DNA of 64,000 nt from Alphaproteobacteria bacterium (GTDB lineage Bacteria > Pseudomonadota > Alphaproteobacteria > Rs-D84). Position numbers and translations under genes: made by a program. The notes under the pieces were generated by a model. It was not told the DNA's origin and did not search any database. It saw only the letters and a program-made list of their open reading frames with translations. Of the stretch, positions 1 through 9,437 are shown one piece after another; the stretch's first letter is position 1, and every line of letters begins with the position of its first letter. Where the stretch lies: NCBI GenBank assembly GCA_015062495.1, contig SUUN01000001.1, positions 19,881 through 83,880 of the forward strand. Direction: 5' to 3'.

Positions 1-577
1 TGGTTGAATTGCATTTGACGCAAATTTTTTCGTTACCTATTGTGCCTATTCCCTGGGATGCATTGGTGGGACATTCGATGCATGTGTTTGATGTCTTGCT
101 TTCATATGCCATGTTGCCATCGGTTGCGCCACATGGTTCGATACATACGCCATTGCGTTTGATGTATGGGGCGGTGCAATTGGTTGGTTCGGTACAGGGT
201 TCACCACTGATTTCGCCACATGCATTGGTGGTTTGGACATATGTGCATGTGCCACCGTTGGCCAGTTGTACTGTTATGGTTTCGGATGTTTCCCATTTGG
301 ATGCTTCTACGAAATATCCAGTTTCGGTCAAAGTACCATCGCAGCACCATGCAGTAACCGATCCATATGAGAATTTTTCCCCGTGAACCAGTGGATATAC
401 ATTATGTTTGTTTTTCATTTTTTGTTTGCATTTGCGATTGTGTTTGCCACAGAACCAAGCGCTGTCGCGTTTGTGGGTTTCAATATAACATTCTTTTTGG
501 TCGCCAAATCCATCTTGGACAGCAAATGCAACGTTTGTGCATAGAATCATAGAAATTGCGGTAATGATTTTTTTCAT
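1..577 (-). CDS. Secreted Cys-rich protein, N-terminal part only (runs off the window start)
   Basis: Not in the ORF track. Manual translation from ATG at 577 gives MKKIITAISMILCTNVAFAVQDGFGDQKECYIETHKRDSAWFCGKHNRKCKQ..., a signal peptide followed by Cys-rich sequence. RBS-like GGGGGA lies upstream. Confidence 0.8.
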   Translation of the reverse strand, partial: MKKIITAISMILCTNVAFAVQDGFGDQKECYIETHKRDSAWFCGKHNRKCKQKMKNKHNVYPLVHGEKFSYGSVTAWCCDGTLTETGYFVEASKWETSETITVQLANGGTCTYVQTTNACGEISGEPCTEPTNCTAPYIKRNGVCIEPCGATDGNMAYESKTSNTCIECPTNASQGIGTIGNEKICVKCNST

Positions 578-597
578 TTTGTCCCCCGTTTTTGCAA

Positions 598-806
598 GAA
601 AAAACCGTCACAGAAATGACGGTCGGGGTGTTAGAAAAATCAGTCATTTGGTGATTCCTGTTGCCTTCGATATATAACAACAGCACCCCGACATGCGTGG
701 GGTAAAAATAACGGTGCAATAGACACCGATATCATCGGATTACGATGCAATTGCACCGAAATGACTGGGCTTTCTAAGGCCCCGAACAAACATCCCTGTT
801 CATTCA
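598..806 (-). promoter_or_regulatory. Structured leader/attenuator copy L1 (long type)
   Basis: Promoter TTGCAA-17-TAAAAT (841-813). Sense strand contains ACAGGGATG, TTCGGGGCCTTAGAAA, GTCGGGGTG and TTTCTAACACCCCGAC. Terminator ACCGTCA-TTTCTG-TGACGGT plus U-tract. Confidence 0.8.
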
Positions 807-850
807 GTGTTTATTTTATGTAATTTTAGATATTTTTGCAATATAAAAAC

Positions 851-876
851 ATCCCCGCCCAAAAAGGTGCGGGGAT
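851..876 (-). terminator. Intrinsic terminator after the small Cys-rich ORF
   Basis: ATCCCCGC...GCGGGGAT hairpin followed by GTTTTT on the minus strand. Confidence 0.65.
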
Positions 877-885
877 TGGTGGATT

Positions 886-993
886 TTATTTATCACAGTC
901 TTTTTTGTTCATTTCGGGCTTTTTATTGCAACCGCCGTCATGTGTGTTTGAACAGTTTTTACATTTGCCTGATTTGTTTTCAGATTTTGACAT
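886..993 (-). CDS. 35-aa Cys/His/Lys-rich small protein (possible metal-binding peptide)
   Basis: Manual translation MSKSENKSGKCKNCSNTHDGGCNKKPEMNKKDCDK*. AAGGA RBS upstream and a terminator directly downstream. Confidence 0.6.
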   Translation of the reverse strand: MSKSENKSGKCKNCSNTHDGGCNKKPEMNKKDCDK

Positions 994-1138
994 TTTTCAT
1001 CCTTTTGTTAATGTTTGTTTTTGTTGTGTCCGGACGTAAAAATAATATCGTGCGGGGGGCAATATCACAATACGCGTGTTTTCCCAAAAAAAGTATTTGT
1101 AATTTTAGTGAATGTACATTAATATCAATGGCGTTGTT

Positions 1139-1215
1139 CGGGGTGTAGCTCAGCCTGGTAGAGTACTTGCATGGGGTGCAAGGGGTCGCAGGTTCGATTC
1201 CTGTCACCCCGACCA
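1139..1215 (+). tRNA. tRNA-Pro(GGG)
   Basis: Cloverleaf CGGGGTG...CACCCCG-A-CCA; anticodon arm CTTGC-ATGGGGT-GCAAG. Confidence 0.95.
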
Positions 1216-1223
1216 TAAAAATT

Positions 1224-1250
1224 AAACCGTCGCGTTTGCGACGGTTTTTT
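1224..1250. terminator. Bidirectional intrinsic terminator (tRNA-Pro / rne)
   Basis: AAACCGTCGC-GTTT-GCGACGGTTT flanked by A and T tracts between convergent genes. Confidence 0.85.
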
Positions 1251-1251
1251 C

Positions 1252-3045
1252 TTAACTGACCAATTTTTGCCAGAAAGTTTTCTTTTGTGGTTGTTTTTTG
1301 CGTTTGCGACGTTGGGCATTGACTGTGGTCCGTTTTGCATCAACGTGCTGGGCATTTTTGCGTTTTGCATCGGTTGATGGTGCGTATGCCCCCAGCAAAT
1401 CTTCGGTTTTATTCTGTTCAGGTGCAACACGCTGAATCGAATATTGGTCAATGTTCATCAGGCTGTCATCGCCAACAATCACAATTTCGGTTTCGAATTT
1501 GGATTCCATTTCGGCCAATTCGGCACGTTTGTGGTTCAACAGATATACTGCGACATCGGTTGGGACGGTCATGATGATTTTCTGAGCCGCCTTGGCTAAT
1601 AATTTTTCTTGCAAGTGGCGGAACAGAATAATCGCGGCCGTCTGAATCGATGGTACAACACCCGCACCCATACAGTGTGGACATGCGACGTATGATGATT
1701 CCATGAAACTGCTGCGCAGGCGTTGACGCGACAACATCAATACACCAAAGTTGTTGATTTTTGCAACCTGGGTGCGGGCGCGATCGCGTTTCATAACTTC
1801 GCGCATTTTCAGTTCCAATTTGCGGTTGTTCTTTTCTTCTTCCATGTCGATAAAGTCAATCGCAACAATGCCGGCCAAATCGCGCAGACGCAATTGCAGG
1901 GCGATTTCTTCGGCCGCTTCCAGATTAGTGTTCAGGGCCGTTTGTTCAATATCTTTTTCCTTGATCGCGCGGGACGAATTAACGTCGATTGTTACCATGG
2001 CTTCGGTCTGGTTGATAACCAGTGAACCGCCCGATGGTAATTGGACGTATGGCCCGTGTAGACCTTCGAGTTGTTTTTCAACGCCGGCCTTGACCATTAA
2101 TGGAACGCCGGCATCTTTGTAGTGTACCAACTGTTTGCGGGGTGCGCGGCCGTACATTTGGATAAAATGCTGTTTAGCGGCATCAAATGCTTCTTCGCCC
2201 TGGATAATCAGTACGTCTTCTTTGTCGCTTAGAAAATCACGAACGACACGGCGCAACAGGGAATCTTCGGTGTGAATTGTGACCGGGGCGACTGATTCCA
2301 GTGTTGTTTTGCGGATTTCATTCCACAAATTTACCAGGTAATCATAGTCGGCGGCAATGTCGGCCGATGCCGCGCCCATGGCGGCGGTACGCAGAACAAC
2401 GGTCATGCCCTTGGGGATTTTCAGACCGTGCAGAACATCGCGCAGACGGGCACGTTCAGATTTATCAGAAATTTTCTTGGAAATGCCATAACTGTTGCGT
2501 TTACGTGAATTTGGCATCAGAACCGCGAAACGACCCGCCAATGACAGATATGTTGTCATTGATGCACCCTTTTGACCGCGTTCTTCTTTGACGCCCTGGA
2601 CCAGCAAGATTTGTTTTGGTTTGATAACGTCCTGGATTTTGAATTCACGTGCGCGTTTGGCAAATTCTTTGTTGTCTTCGCCGGCACTGTGGTCGTCATA
2701 TTCGGCGACTTCGTCTTCTTCGTCGTTTGGATCGTCGTCGTCGTCAACAATGTTGGCGTGCGCCAATTCCAGCAGTTTCTTTTTCTGTTCAGCAGTTACC
2801 TGGTAATAATCAGGGTGAATTTCAGAGAATGGTAAAAATCCATTTTTCCCAGTCCCATAATCAACAAATGCAGCCTGTAAAGATGGTTCAACGCGAATAA
2901 CCTTGGCCAGATAGATGTTGCCCTTAATCTGGGGTTTGGTGGTGGTTTCAACGTCAAAGTCTGATACGCGGTTAGTTGATGTATCGACAACTACGACACG
3001 TGTTTCTTCCGGGTGGACTGCATCCACATATATTTTTTTTGACAT
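1252..3045 (-). CDS. rne: Ribonuclease E/G family (catalytic domain, short C-terminus)
   Basis: KGNIYLAKVIRVEPSLQAAFVDYG S1 domain with an acidic insert, DFIDM catalytic motif and CPHC Zn-link. Start moved to MSKKIY at 3045. Confidence 0.95.
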   Translation of the reverse strand: MSKKIYVDAVHPEETRVVVVDTSTNRVSDFDVETTTKPQIKGNIYLAKVIRVEPSLQAAFVDYGTGKNGFLPFSEIHPDYYQVTAEQKKKLLELAHANIVDDDDDPNDEEDEVAEYDDHSAGEDNKEFAKRAREFKIQDVIKPKQILLVQGVKEERGQKGASMTTYLSLAGRFAVLMPNSRKRNSYGISKKISDKSERARLRDVLHGLKIPKGMTVVLRTAAMGAASADIAADYDYLVNLWNEIRKTTLESVAPVTIHTEDSLLRRVVRDFLSDKEDVLIIQGEEAFDAAKQHFIQMYGRAPRKQLVHYKDAGVPLMVKAGVEKQLEGLHGPYVQLPSGGSLVINQTEAMVTIDVNSSRAIKEKDIEQTALNTNLEAAEEIALQLRLRDLAGIVAIDFIDMEEEKNNRKLELKMREVMKRDRARTQVAKINNFGVLMLSRQRLRSSFMESSYVACPHCMGAGVVPSIQTAAIILFRHLQEKLLAKAAQKIIMTVPTDVAVYLLNHKRAELAEMESKFETEIVIVGDDSLMNIDQYSIQRVAPEQNKTEDLLGAYAPSTDAKRKNAQHVDAKRTTVNAQRRKRKKQPQKKTFWQKLVS

Positions 3046-3250
3046 TTTGTAATCCTTTTGTTTTGGCGTTGTATGCAATGGCAACAATCCGTCCCCGTGG
3101 GGCGTCCAAGCCCATGCCAAGGGATTGCGCCACGATAACCATCAGCGCCATGCGAATTGTTGAAAATAGTGATAATACAAACACTTATTATAGCCCCATA
3201 TTCATACACGGGTTTTATTCTAACATGCCATTATATAGTTCGCAAGGTAT

Positions 3251-4273
3251 TTATTTTCTGACGCGTATTTCAGATTTTATACGGTTGATTTTTGCAGGTA
3301 TTTTTTCTTTGGCTTCGTTCAGCCAACGTTTCATACGGGAACGCAACCAGCGTTCATAGATAAAGAACAAACTGCCCATGCCAATCAGTGGCAAAACATA
3401 ATAAATTATGCGATATGCCAACAGTGCGCCAAATATGTTAGCCTTGTCCACGGTGTCGGGCAGGGCGACCAAAAATACCGTTTCAAATACGCCGATGCCA
3501 CCGGGAACTTGGCTGAAAACGCCGGTCGATTGGGCAATGGCAAACAGTCCCATAAATACAACAAACGGTATTTTTACAAATGGGGTCAGACAGAAATAAA
3601 GTACCAGACCGGCCAGAATACTGTCTGTTATGCCCAGGATTGTTTGTGTAAATGCCATGCGTGTTGATGGTATCTGGAATTTTAATTGTCCGATTTTTAT
3701 GCTTTTTTTATGAAAGAATATTGTGGTCGCAAAATATACCAACAATGTGACCAAACAAAATATAAATAATGCGTTGATGCCAATACTGGCGCCGACCGAG
3801 TTCTGAAACAGCGCATGTGGGACCAAGAAATAACTGATGACCACAATGGCGGATGCCCCCAGGAAATATGTAAAGCCCGATATAGTCAGCATTTTTACAA
3901 TGTCGCCACCGCGAATGCGCCACCGTGTATACAGACGATATCGAATTGCGCCGCCACTGACCACGGCGTGGCCGGCGTTGTTGCTGATTGCAAAGCCCAG
4001 CATCCCCGCCAACATCCATTTCCACCATGAAACGCGTCCGCCAACATAGTTTAACGCTAAATAATCATACAGGGACAGCGTCAAATACCCCAGCATACAT
4101 GCCACGCATGCCATCGCCAGGTTCATAAATGGAATATCTAATATTGCGTGTGCGATGTCGGACAGACTGTAATCACGCAATTGCCACCACAGCATACCGG
4201 CGGCCAATATAAAAAAGAAAATGCCTGAGTAACTGATTACCTTTTTAATCAGGCGTTTTGTCTGTGCTGACAT
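3251..4273 (-). CDS. Lysylphosphatidylglycerol synthase TM / MprF flippase-like membrane protein (UPF0104)
   Basis: Multi-TM protein with SGGAIRYRLY and QVPGGIGVFE...LLAYRIIYY motifs. Start MSAQTK at 4273. No synthase domain. Confidence 0.85.
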   Translation of the reverse strand: MSAQTKRLIKKVISYSGIFFFILAAGMLWWQLRDYSLSDIAHAILDIPFMNLAMACVACMLGYLTLSLYDYLALNYVGGRVSWWKWMLAGMLGFAISNNAGHAVVSGGAIRYRLYTRWRIRGGDIVKMLTISGFTYFLGASAIVVISYFLVPHALFQNSVGASIGINALFIFCLVTLLVYFATTIFFHKKSIKIGQLKFQIPSTRMAFTQTILGITDSILAGLVLYFCLTPFVKIPFVVFMGLFAIAQSTGVFSQVPGGIGVFETVFLVALPDTVDKANIFGALLAYRIIYYVLPLIGMGSLFFIYERWLRSRMKRWLNEAKEKIPAKINRIKSEIRVRK

Positions 4274-4415
4274 TAAAATCCTTTTACAAGTGTAATAGGA
4301 TAACAATTTTATAAACAAAATCAATCTATAAATAAAATCTGGTGGGGGATTGGGCGGTTGCTTTTTATTTATCAAAGCAATTGAATATACCAAAATTATT
4401 GTGTATAATGTGTTG

Positions 4416-4555
4416 GCATTGGGAAACTGGTGTGAGGGTTCAAAGCCTCGTAAGGGATACTCCAACATTGGTTGGAGGGTTGTGAATATATTGAATAAGC
4501 ACACTATTACTCTTAATAGCTTTGAACCTCCAACCGCCTTTTGTGCGGTTTTTTA
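4416..4555 (+). promoter_or_regulatory. Structured leader/attenuator copy L2 (compact type)
   Basis: Promoter TTGAAT-17-TATAAT (4381-4409). Segments GAGGGTTCAAAGC (4434), CTCCAAC (4460), GGTTGGAGGGTT (4470) and GCTTTGAACCTCCAACC (4519). Terminator ACCGC..GCGGT-TTTTT. Confidence 0.8.
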
Positions 4556-4585
4556 TTTAACAAAATAAAAAAAGGGAGGATTTAA

Positions 4586-4804
4586 ATGGCAACACTGTTG
4601 GTTGATGCGCGATATTTTGGTAATTATTTGCGCATGGCGCGAAATTCAATGAATATCACGCGGTTTGAATGTGCAAAATTATTAGGTGTGTCACATTCAG
4701 AATTGATTAAGATAGAAAACGGCAAGGTTTTAATGCCCGATAAAATAATTCAAAAGGTTATGACGAACGGTATGGCGATGATTTTATGTAAACGACGCAA
4801 TTAA
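4586..4804 (+). CDS. XRE-family helix-turn-helix protein
   Basis: FGNYLRMARNSMNITRFECAKLLGVSHSELIKIENGK fits the XRE HTH pattern. Strong GGGAGG RBS. Confidence 0.85.
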   Translation: MATLLVDARYFGNYLRMARNSMNITRFECAKLLGVSHSELIKIENGKVLMPDKIIQKVMTNGMAMILCKRRN

Positions 4805-4830
4805 AAATCCCGCCATTTGGCGGGATTTTT
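4803..4830. terminator. Bidirectional intrinsic terminator
   Basis: AAAAATCCCGCC-ATTT-GGCGGGATTTTT between convergent genes. Confidence 0.85.
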
Positions 4831-6241
4831 AATTCTGAAAGAAACGGTTAAATATTTTTTCGTTTACTTCAATTGGATATTCACGCATCAGGAATGAATT
4901 GTAATCATCCATTATGCCTGATTTTGACATGGTTTGCATTTCATTGCGCAAATCAGCCATCTTTTTTGTGTCCATTTTTGGCGCAATTGAATCTTTGATA
5001 TTCAATACATAGAATGCGTCCGATGATGGAACAATTGATTTTTCGCCCGCGTCGCCACGGAATGCGGCAACCAACACGTCGGTTGGTGCGCCCGATGTAC
5101 GTGACACAGTTGCGGATTTTCCGTTTGCCAATTTTCCGTTTGATTTAAAGTCTGTTAAAACTTCGTTGGCGCGGACGTATGCCTGTTTTTTCTGTTCGGC
5201 GCGTTTCCAATCACCCGTCAATGATTTTTTGACAGATTCAAATTCCGCCGTGTGTGATGGCGTAATTTTGTTTACGCGCAAGAATACAAAACCATCCTTG
5301 GTTTCAATCATTTCACTTTCCAGTTCGGCGTCCATATCAAATATTTTTGCCATCATTGTATCCGTCAGAACTTTGTCCACAGGGCGATGGTCGCGATCAA
5401 ATGTGCCCAGGTCAACATATTTTGCGCCATGCGTCTTGGCGGCGTCCGCCATTGGTTCGCCGGCGATGATATCGTCTTCGAATTTAATGGCGATGGCATA
5501 GCCTGCATCATATTTGTCTGGTTGTGACATTTCAGCCGGAATAATCACATACGACACATTGCGTGTTTCTGGGACGATTTGTGGGTTTTGTTTGTAATAT
5601 TCGGCCAATTGTTCATCCAAAGGTGCGGCAACATCAAAATCTGAATATTTAATTGTTGCGTATTCGATTTCGCGTTCCCCATAACGTGCATCGTATGCCG
5701 CACGCACTGCAAATTCAGGCACAGGTACATCAACCCCGACCGCGCCCAATACCATAGAACGCAATACATTGCCACGCAGGACGTCGGCAAAGGCAGCCTC
5801 GGAATAGCCGGAATTGTTTAAAACCGTGTCGAATGCCAGGGTGGAAAATTCGCCGTTGACCTGAAATTCTGGGAATGAACGAATTTCGTGGGCAATGCGT
5901 TTGTCGCTGACCACGAACCCCAGGTCATCTGCGCGGTTTTCCGCCATCTGTTGGGTTGTCATTTTTGTCAAAATTTGTTTGGAAAAAGCGTTTTGGGTTG
6001 CGGTGTCTGTATAGATTGCGCGTTGTTCGTCCCGGCTTAACTGGGCCAGGGCACGCGATTTTTCCAGGTTAAATTCCTGGGCGGAAATTTCTGTGTCGCC
6101 AACGTGGACCAGTGTGTTATCGTTTACAACGTTGCCAAAAATCCATTCGGCAACACCCCAACCAACGAATGAAAATGCCAAAATGCTGATTAAAATCTTG
6201 GCAACTGGTTTTTCTGATGCATTTCTTAAATATTCTAGCAT
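4829..6241 (-). CDS. SurA N-terminal domain / PpiD-like periplasmic chaperone
   Basis: MLEYLRNASEKPVAKILISILAFSFVGWGV N-terminal anchor and SurA_N-type helical domain. Adjacent to tpiA, as is common in Alphaproteobacteria. Confidence 0.8.
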   Translation of the reverse strand: MLEYLRNASEKPVAKILISILAFSFVGWGVAEWIFGNVVNDNTLVHVGDTEISAQEFNLEKSRALAQLSRDEQRAIYTDTATQNAFSKQILTKMTTQQMAENRADDLGFVVSDKRIAHEIRSFPEFQVNGEFSTLAFDTVLNNSGYSEAAFADVLRGNVLRSMVLGAVGVDVPVPEFAVRAAYDARYGEREIEYATIKYSDFDVAAPLDEQLAEYYKQNPQIVPETRNVSYVIIPAEMSQPDKYDAGYAIAIKFEDDIIAGEPMADAAKTHGAKYVDLGTFDRDHRPVDKVLTDTMMAKIFDMDAELESEMIETKDGFVFLRVNKITPSHTAEFESVKKSLTGDWKRAEQKKQAYVRANEVLTDFKSNGKLANGKSATVSRTSGAPTDVLVAAFRGDAGEKSIVPSSDAFYVLNIKDSIAPKMDTKKMADLRNEMQTMSKSGIMDDYNSFLMREYPIEVNEKIFNRFFQN

Positions 6242-6310
6242 TTGTTCCCCTTTTGCGATACCATAGCAAAACGATATGACAAAAAGCAATTAAAAAAAAG
6301 GGAATTTCAA

Positions 6311-7015
6311 ATGAAAATTATTGCTGGAAATTGGAAAATGAACGGGTCGCGCGCAGGGTTGGATGCGATGTTGCGTGATCTGGAAAATCTTGATACAGAA
6401 AATACAGTTATTCTGTGTGTGCCATATACTATGTTGCGTGCGGGAAATGCACGCGTGGCGATTGGTGCACAGGATGTGAGTCAACATACACACGGCGCAT
6501 ATACGGGTTCTGTGTCGGCCCAGATGGTTGCAGATGCGGGTGCAAAATATGTAATTGTTGGGCACAGTGAATGTCGTCAGTATAACGGGGATACGAATTC
6601 GATCGTGCGACAAAAGGCGGCCCAGGTTTTGGCCAATGGGATGATTCCAATTATCTGTGTTGGCGAAACAATGGATGAAAAGCAGGCCGGTAAAACCATG
6701 GCGGTGATTGAATCTGGGGTGCGTGAATCAATTCCATCGGATGTTGGCACACCGATTATTATTGCGTATGAGCCACGGTGGGCAATTGGGGCGGGTTTGA
6801 CGCCCACGGCGGATGAAATTGCGTGTGCGCATACACTGATTGCCAATACGCTGGCGGAGATGGGATTGGCGGGGACGCCGGTTCTGTATGGTGCGTCGGT
6901 CAAGGGTTCGAATGCCGCAGAAATTATGTCGATTCCAAACGTTGATGGGGTGTTGGTTGGTGGTGCGTCCTTGAAAAGTGATGATTTCATACCTATAATA
7001 ACCAGTGTAAAATAA
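6311..7015 (+). CDS. tpiA: Triosephosphate isomerase
   Basis: AGNWKMN, GHSECR, AYEPRWAIG and LVGGASL motifs. Confidence 0.98.
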   Translation: MKIIAGNWKMNGSRAGLDAMLRDLENLDTENTVILCVPYTMLRAGNARVAIGAQDVSQHTHGAYTGSVSAQMVADAGAKYVIVGHSECRQYNGDTNSIVRQKAAQVLANGMIPIICVGETMDEKQAGKTMAVIESGVRESIPSDVGTPIIIAYEPRWAIGAGLTPTADEIACAHTLIANTLAEMGLAGTPVLYGASVKGSNAAEIMSIPNVDGVLVGGASLKSDDFIPIITSVK

Positions 7016-7034
7016 TTATATAGTATGAACAAAA

Positions 7035-7553
7035 ATGGAAGACGGTATGAATAACGAAGATAAAGAAGTTCAGGTAGAGGCAGTGTCTGTTGATGATGCG
7101 CCGGTCGTGGACACACCACAGCAAGAATCAGATGTTGAAAAATTAACCGCCCAGTTGGCGGAAATGAATGACAAATATCTGCGTATGGCGGCGGAACTGG
7201 AAAATACGCGTCGTCGGGCGGCGTTGGATGCGGAATCGCGTGCGCGGACGCGTTCGATGGGGGTGGCGGAAAAAATCTTGCCGGTGATGGATGCGGTGGA
7301 TTCTGCGTTAAAGCATGCCCCCGATGATGCAGGGATTCAGTCGATGGCGCGTGCGCTGGAATCTGCATTTGCCCAGATTGGGATTGTAAAAATTGAATCT
7401 GTGGGCCAGGCGTTGAACCCGATGTTTCATAATGCGATTCAGGTTGTGGAATCTGGGGATGCAGCGTCCGGCACGATTGTCGAAGAAATGCAGACCGGGT
7501 ATATGTTTGGCGATACCGTGCTGCGAACTGCAATGGTTGTTGTCGCAAAATAA
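7035..7553 (+). CDS. grpE: Nucleotide exchange factor GrpE
   Basis: YLRMAAELENTRRR, ILPVMDAV, NPMFHNAI and GYMFGDTVLRTAMVVV motifs. Confidence 0.95.
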   Translation: MEDGMNNEDKEVQVEAVSVDDAPVVDTPQQESDVEKLTAQLAEMNDKYLRMAAELENTRRRAALDAESRARTRSMGVAEKILPVMDAVDSALKHAPDDAGIQSMARALESAFAQIGIVKIESVGQALNPMFHNAIQVVESGDAASGTIVEEMQTGYMFGDTVLRTAMVVVAK

Positions 7554-7557
7554 TCCC

Positions 7558-7581
7558 ACCGCCCAGATGGGCGGTTTTTTT
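7558..7581 (+). terminator. Intrinsic terminator after grpE
   Basis: ACCGCCCA-GA-TGGGCGGT followed by a T-tract. Confidence 0.8.
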
Positions 7582-7632
7582 GTTTGCCAAAAAAATATAA
7601 ATTTTTGTATTTTTTTGTGATATAATACCAGT

Positions 7633-7806
7633 GACGCAGGCGACTGTGTTGGGGCGTAAGAACCTCGAAATTTGTGGTGTCCGTGGGGACAAAAAATACC
7701 TCCAACAAATTGGTTGGAGGGTCGCGAATATATTGAATAAGCGCGCTATTTTCCACAAGTTATAGTTCTTAACCTCCAACCGTCTGCTTTGTGACGGTTA
7801 TTTTTT
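7633..7806 (+). promoter_or_regulatory. Structured leader/attenuator copy L3 (compact type)
   Basis: Extended -10 TGA-TATAAT (7618-7626). Segments GTTGGGGCGTAAGAAC (7648), CCTCCAAC (7699), GGTTGGAGGGT (7712) and GTTCTTAACCTCCAACC (7765). Terminator AACCGTC..GACGGTT-ATTTTTT. Confidence 0.8.
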
Positions 7807-7825
7807 ACAAAAAGGGAATACAAAT

Positions 7826-8716
7826 ATGCGATTAACATTTGGGGTTTTAATGTCGCTGATGGTGGGGGCGGCGCATGCAAACACCGACCTGGCCGCGGCG
7901 ATTGAAAATGTCCGCACCGCATGCGGAAACATCAGTGTGGAATTATCGGACATGAAAAAAATGGCGGGTATAACAACCGCCGTCACCGGTGTTGGCACGG
8001 TCGCTGGTGGCGTTGCACTGGGGACAGGTATTGCCAAGGCGGGTGTTGATAAGGAAATAGAGGCCATGGAAAAATTACCTTTATTGACAATTGCAAATGA
8101 GAATGAGTTTGAAACCGCTGTGTTAAATTATGCCAAATCAATAAATCACTCGGTCAATACGGCAATAGGGCATGCTGAAAAGAAATCAAAACAACTGGGC
8201 AATGTTCGTACGGGAACATTGGCAACATCAACAGTTGCCAATATCGCGGGTGCGATTATGTCGGGTACAAATCGGGTAAAGGGTGATTTGAAACAACAAA
8301 TTGATGAATGCTTGGCATCGGTTAAAATATTATCAAATGTTCGTATGCAGGCGCGTATTTCCAAAACTGTCACGGATGCTGATTTGGCACGTGCGGAAAA
8401 TATCATTCATGCATGCGATGCATGGACCACGGTTGATATCAGTTCAATCAATAAACGTTCAACGGGCGCAACCGTATCATCGGGCATTGGTGCGGGGTTG
8501 GGGCTGGCCGGCACAATAACATCTGCATCGGCAAATTCAGACGGTGTTCGTGATGGTGATGCCGACAAAGAAAAGAAATTAAACGCCGCGGCAAATGTGT
8601 TGGCGGGGGGCACAACGGCGGCGGGATTGTCCGCCACAATATTTAACGCAACACAAATAAGTGCAATTAAACGTGCGGCAACGGTTGCCGATGAATGCGA
8701 GGGGGCGCTGAAGTAA
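7826..8716 (+). CDS. Secreted hypothetical protein with Gly/Ala-rich hydrophobic helices
   Basis: Signal peptide ending AHA. Several GxxxG-rich segments (TTAVTGVGTVAGGVALGTG; SSGIGAGLGLAGTIT). Four Cys. Confidence 0.8.
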   Translation: MRLTFGVLMSLMVGAAHANTDLAAAIENVRTACGNISVELSDMKKMAGITTAVTGVGTVAGGVALGTGIAKAGVDKEIEAMEKLPLLTIANENEFETAVLNYAKSINHSVNTAIGHAEKKSKQLGNVRTGTLATSTVANIAGAIMSGTNRVKGDLKQQIDECLASVKILSNVRMQARISKTVTDADLARAENIIHACDAWTTVDISSINKRSTGATVSSGIGAGLGLAGTITSASANSDGVRDGDADKEKKLNAAANVLAGGTTAAGLSATIFNATQISAIKRAATVADECEGALK

Positions 8717-8717
8717 A

Positions 8718-9425
8718 ATGAAAAAAATAGCTTTGTTTTTCTTAACTTTTATATTTTCAACTAATGTGTTTGCGAGTCAACAAACCAGTAACGAAATAGA
8801 ATTAAATACCCCTGTACGTTGGTATGCCAAGGCCTTGAGTAATGCCATATTCAAAATGGTTTATCAATCCAATCAGGATGCAGATGGGGCAGAACATGCC
8901 TCCGCAATCAGAAGTGAATTTTTGCAAACCTTGGATGTAAAAGATGGTGTTGTACTGATTAGCCCTGCTGAATTTATAGATAAATGTATGTCTGTATATC
9001 AAGCGTTTGATGCATCTACAAAATGTTCGAATGCGTTGATGGATGCTGTTCATTTTCATAACGAACTTGTCCAATCGTTTGCGAACGCAAATGCGCTGAA
9101 TGATAGAAATACAAAAATAGAGTGGCAATTCCGGGTTTGGTATAGTGCATTAAGCGTCGTTCTTGATTTGGATTTAGATCCGTTAGTGAATATATTTAGC
9201 GATTATATGAATACTGTTAACAATACAGCCTCGTTAAATGAGTGGTTGTCAGAGTGTAATAGAGCCATGCAATTTATTTCTTCAAGCAATACACCGTATC
9301 ATAAAGATGCCGTTGTTAGAATGCAATCTCATGACTTTTCGTGTCAAAAATATATAGAAGCGCTGGAGCAAAAATACAATGAATTTAGGGCGGCATATCA
9401 TACTGAAACAACGATAAAATTATAA
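8718..9425 (+). CDS. Secreted hypothetical protein
   Basis: MKKIALFFLTFIFSTNVFA signal peptide; starts 1 nt after the upstream stop codon. Confidence 0.75.
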   Translation: MKKIALFFLTFIFSTNVFASQQTSNEIELNTPVRWYAKALSNAIFKMVYQSNQDADGAEHASAIRSEFLQTLDVKDGVVLISPAEFIDKCMSVYQAFDASTKCSNALMDAVHFHNELVQSFANANALNDRNTKIEWQFRVWYSALSVVLDLDLDPLVNIFSDYMNTVNNTASLNEWLSECNRAMQFISSSNTPYHKDAVVRMQSHDFSCQKYIEALEQKYNEFRAAYHTETTIKL

Positions 9426-9437
9426 GGAGCTGAAAAA

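Noticed and set aside
6577-7779. 400-aa minus-strand ORF and other long antisense ORFs (for example 33462-34139, 36655-37368, 44405-44779, 61553-63956)
   Set aside because: They are shadows of well-supported genes on the opposite strand, with no motifs or RBS.
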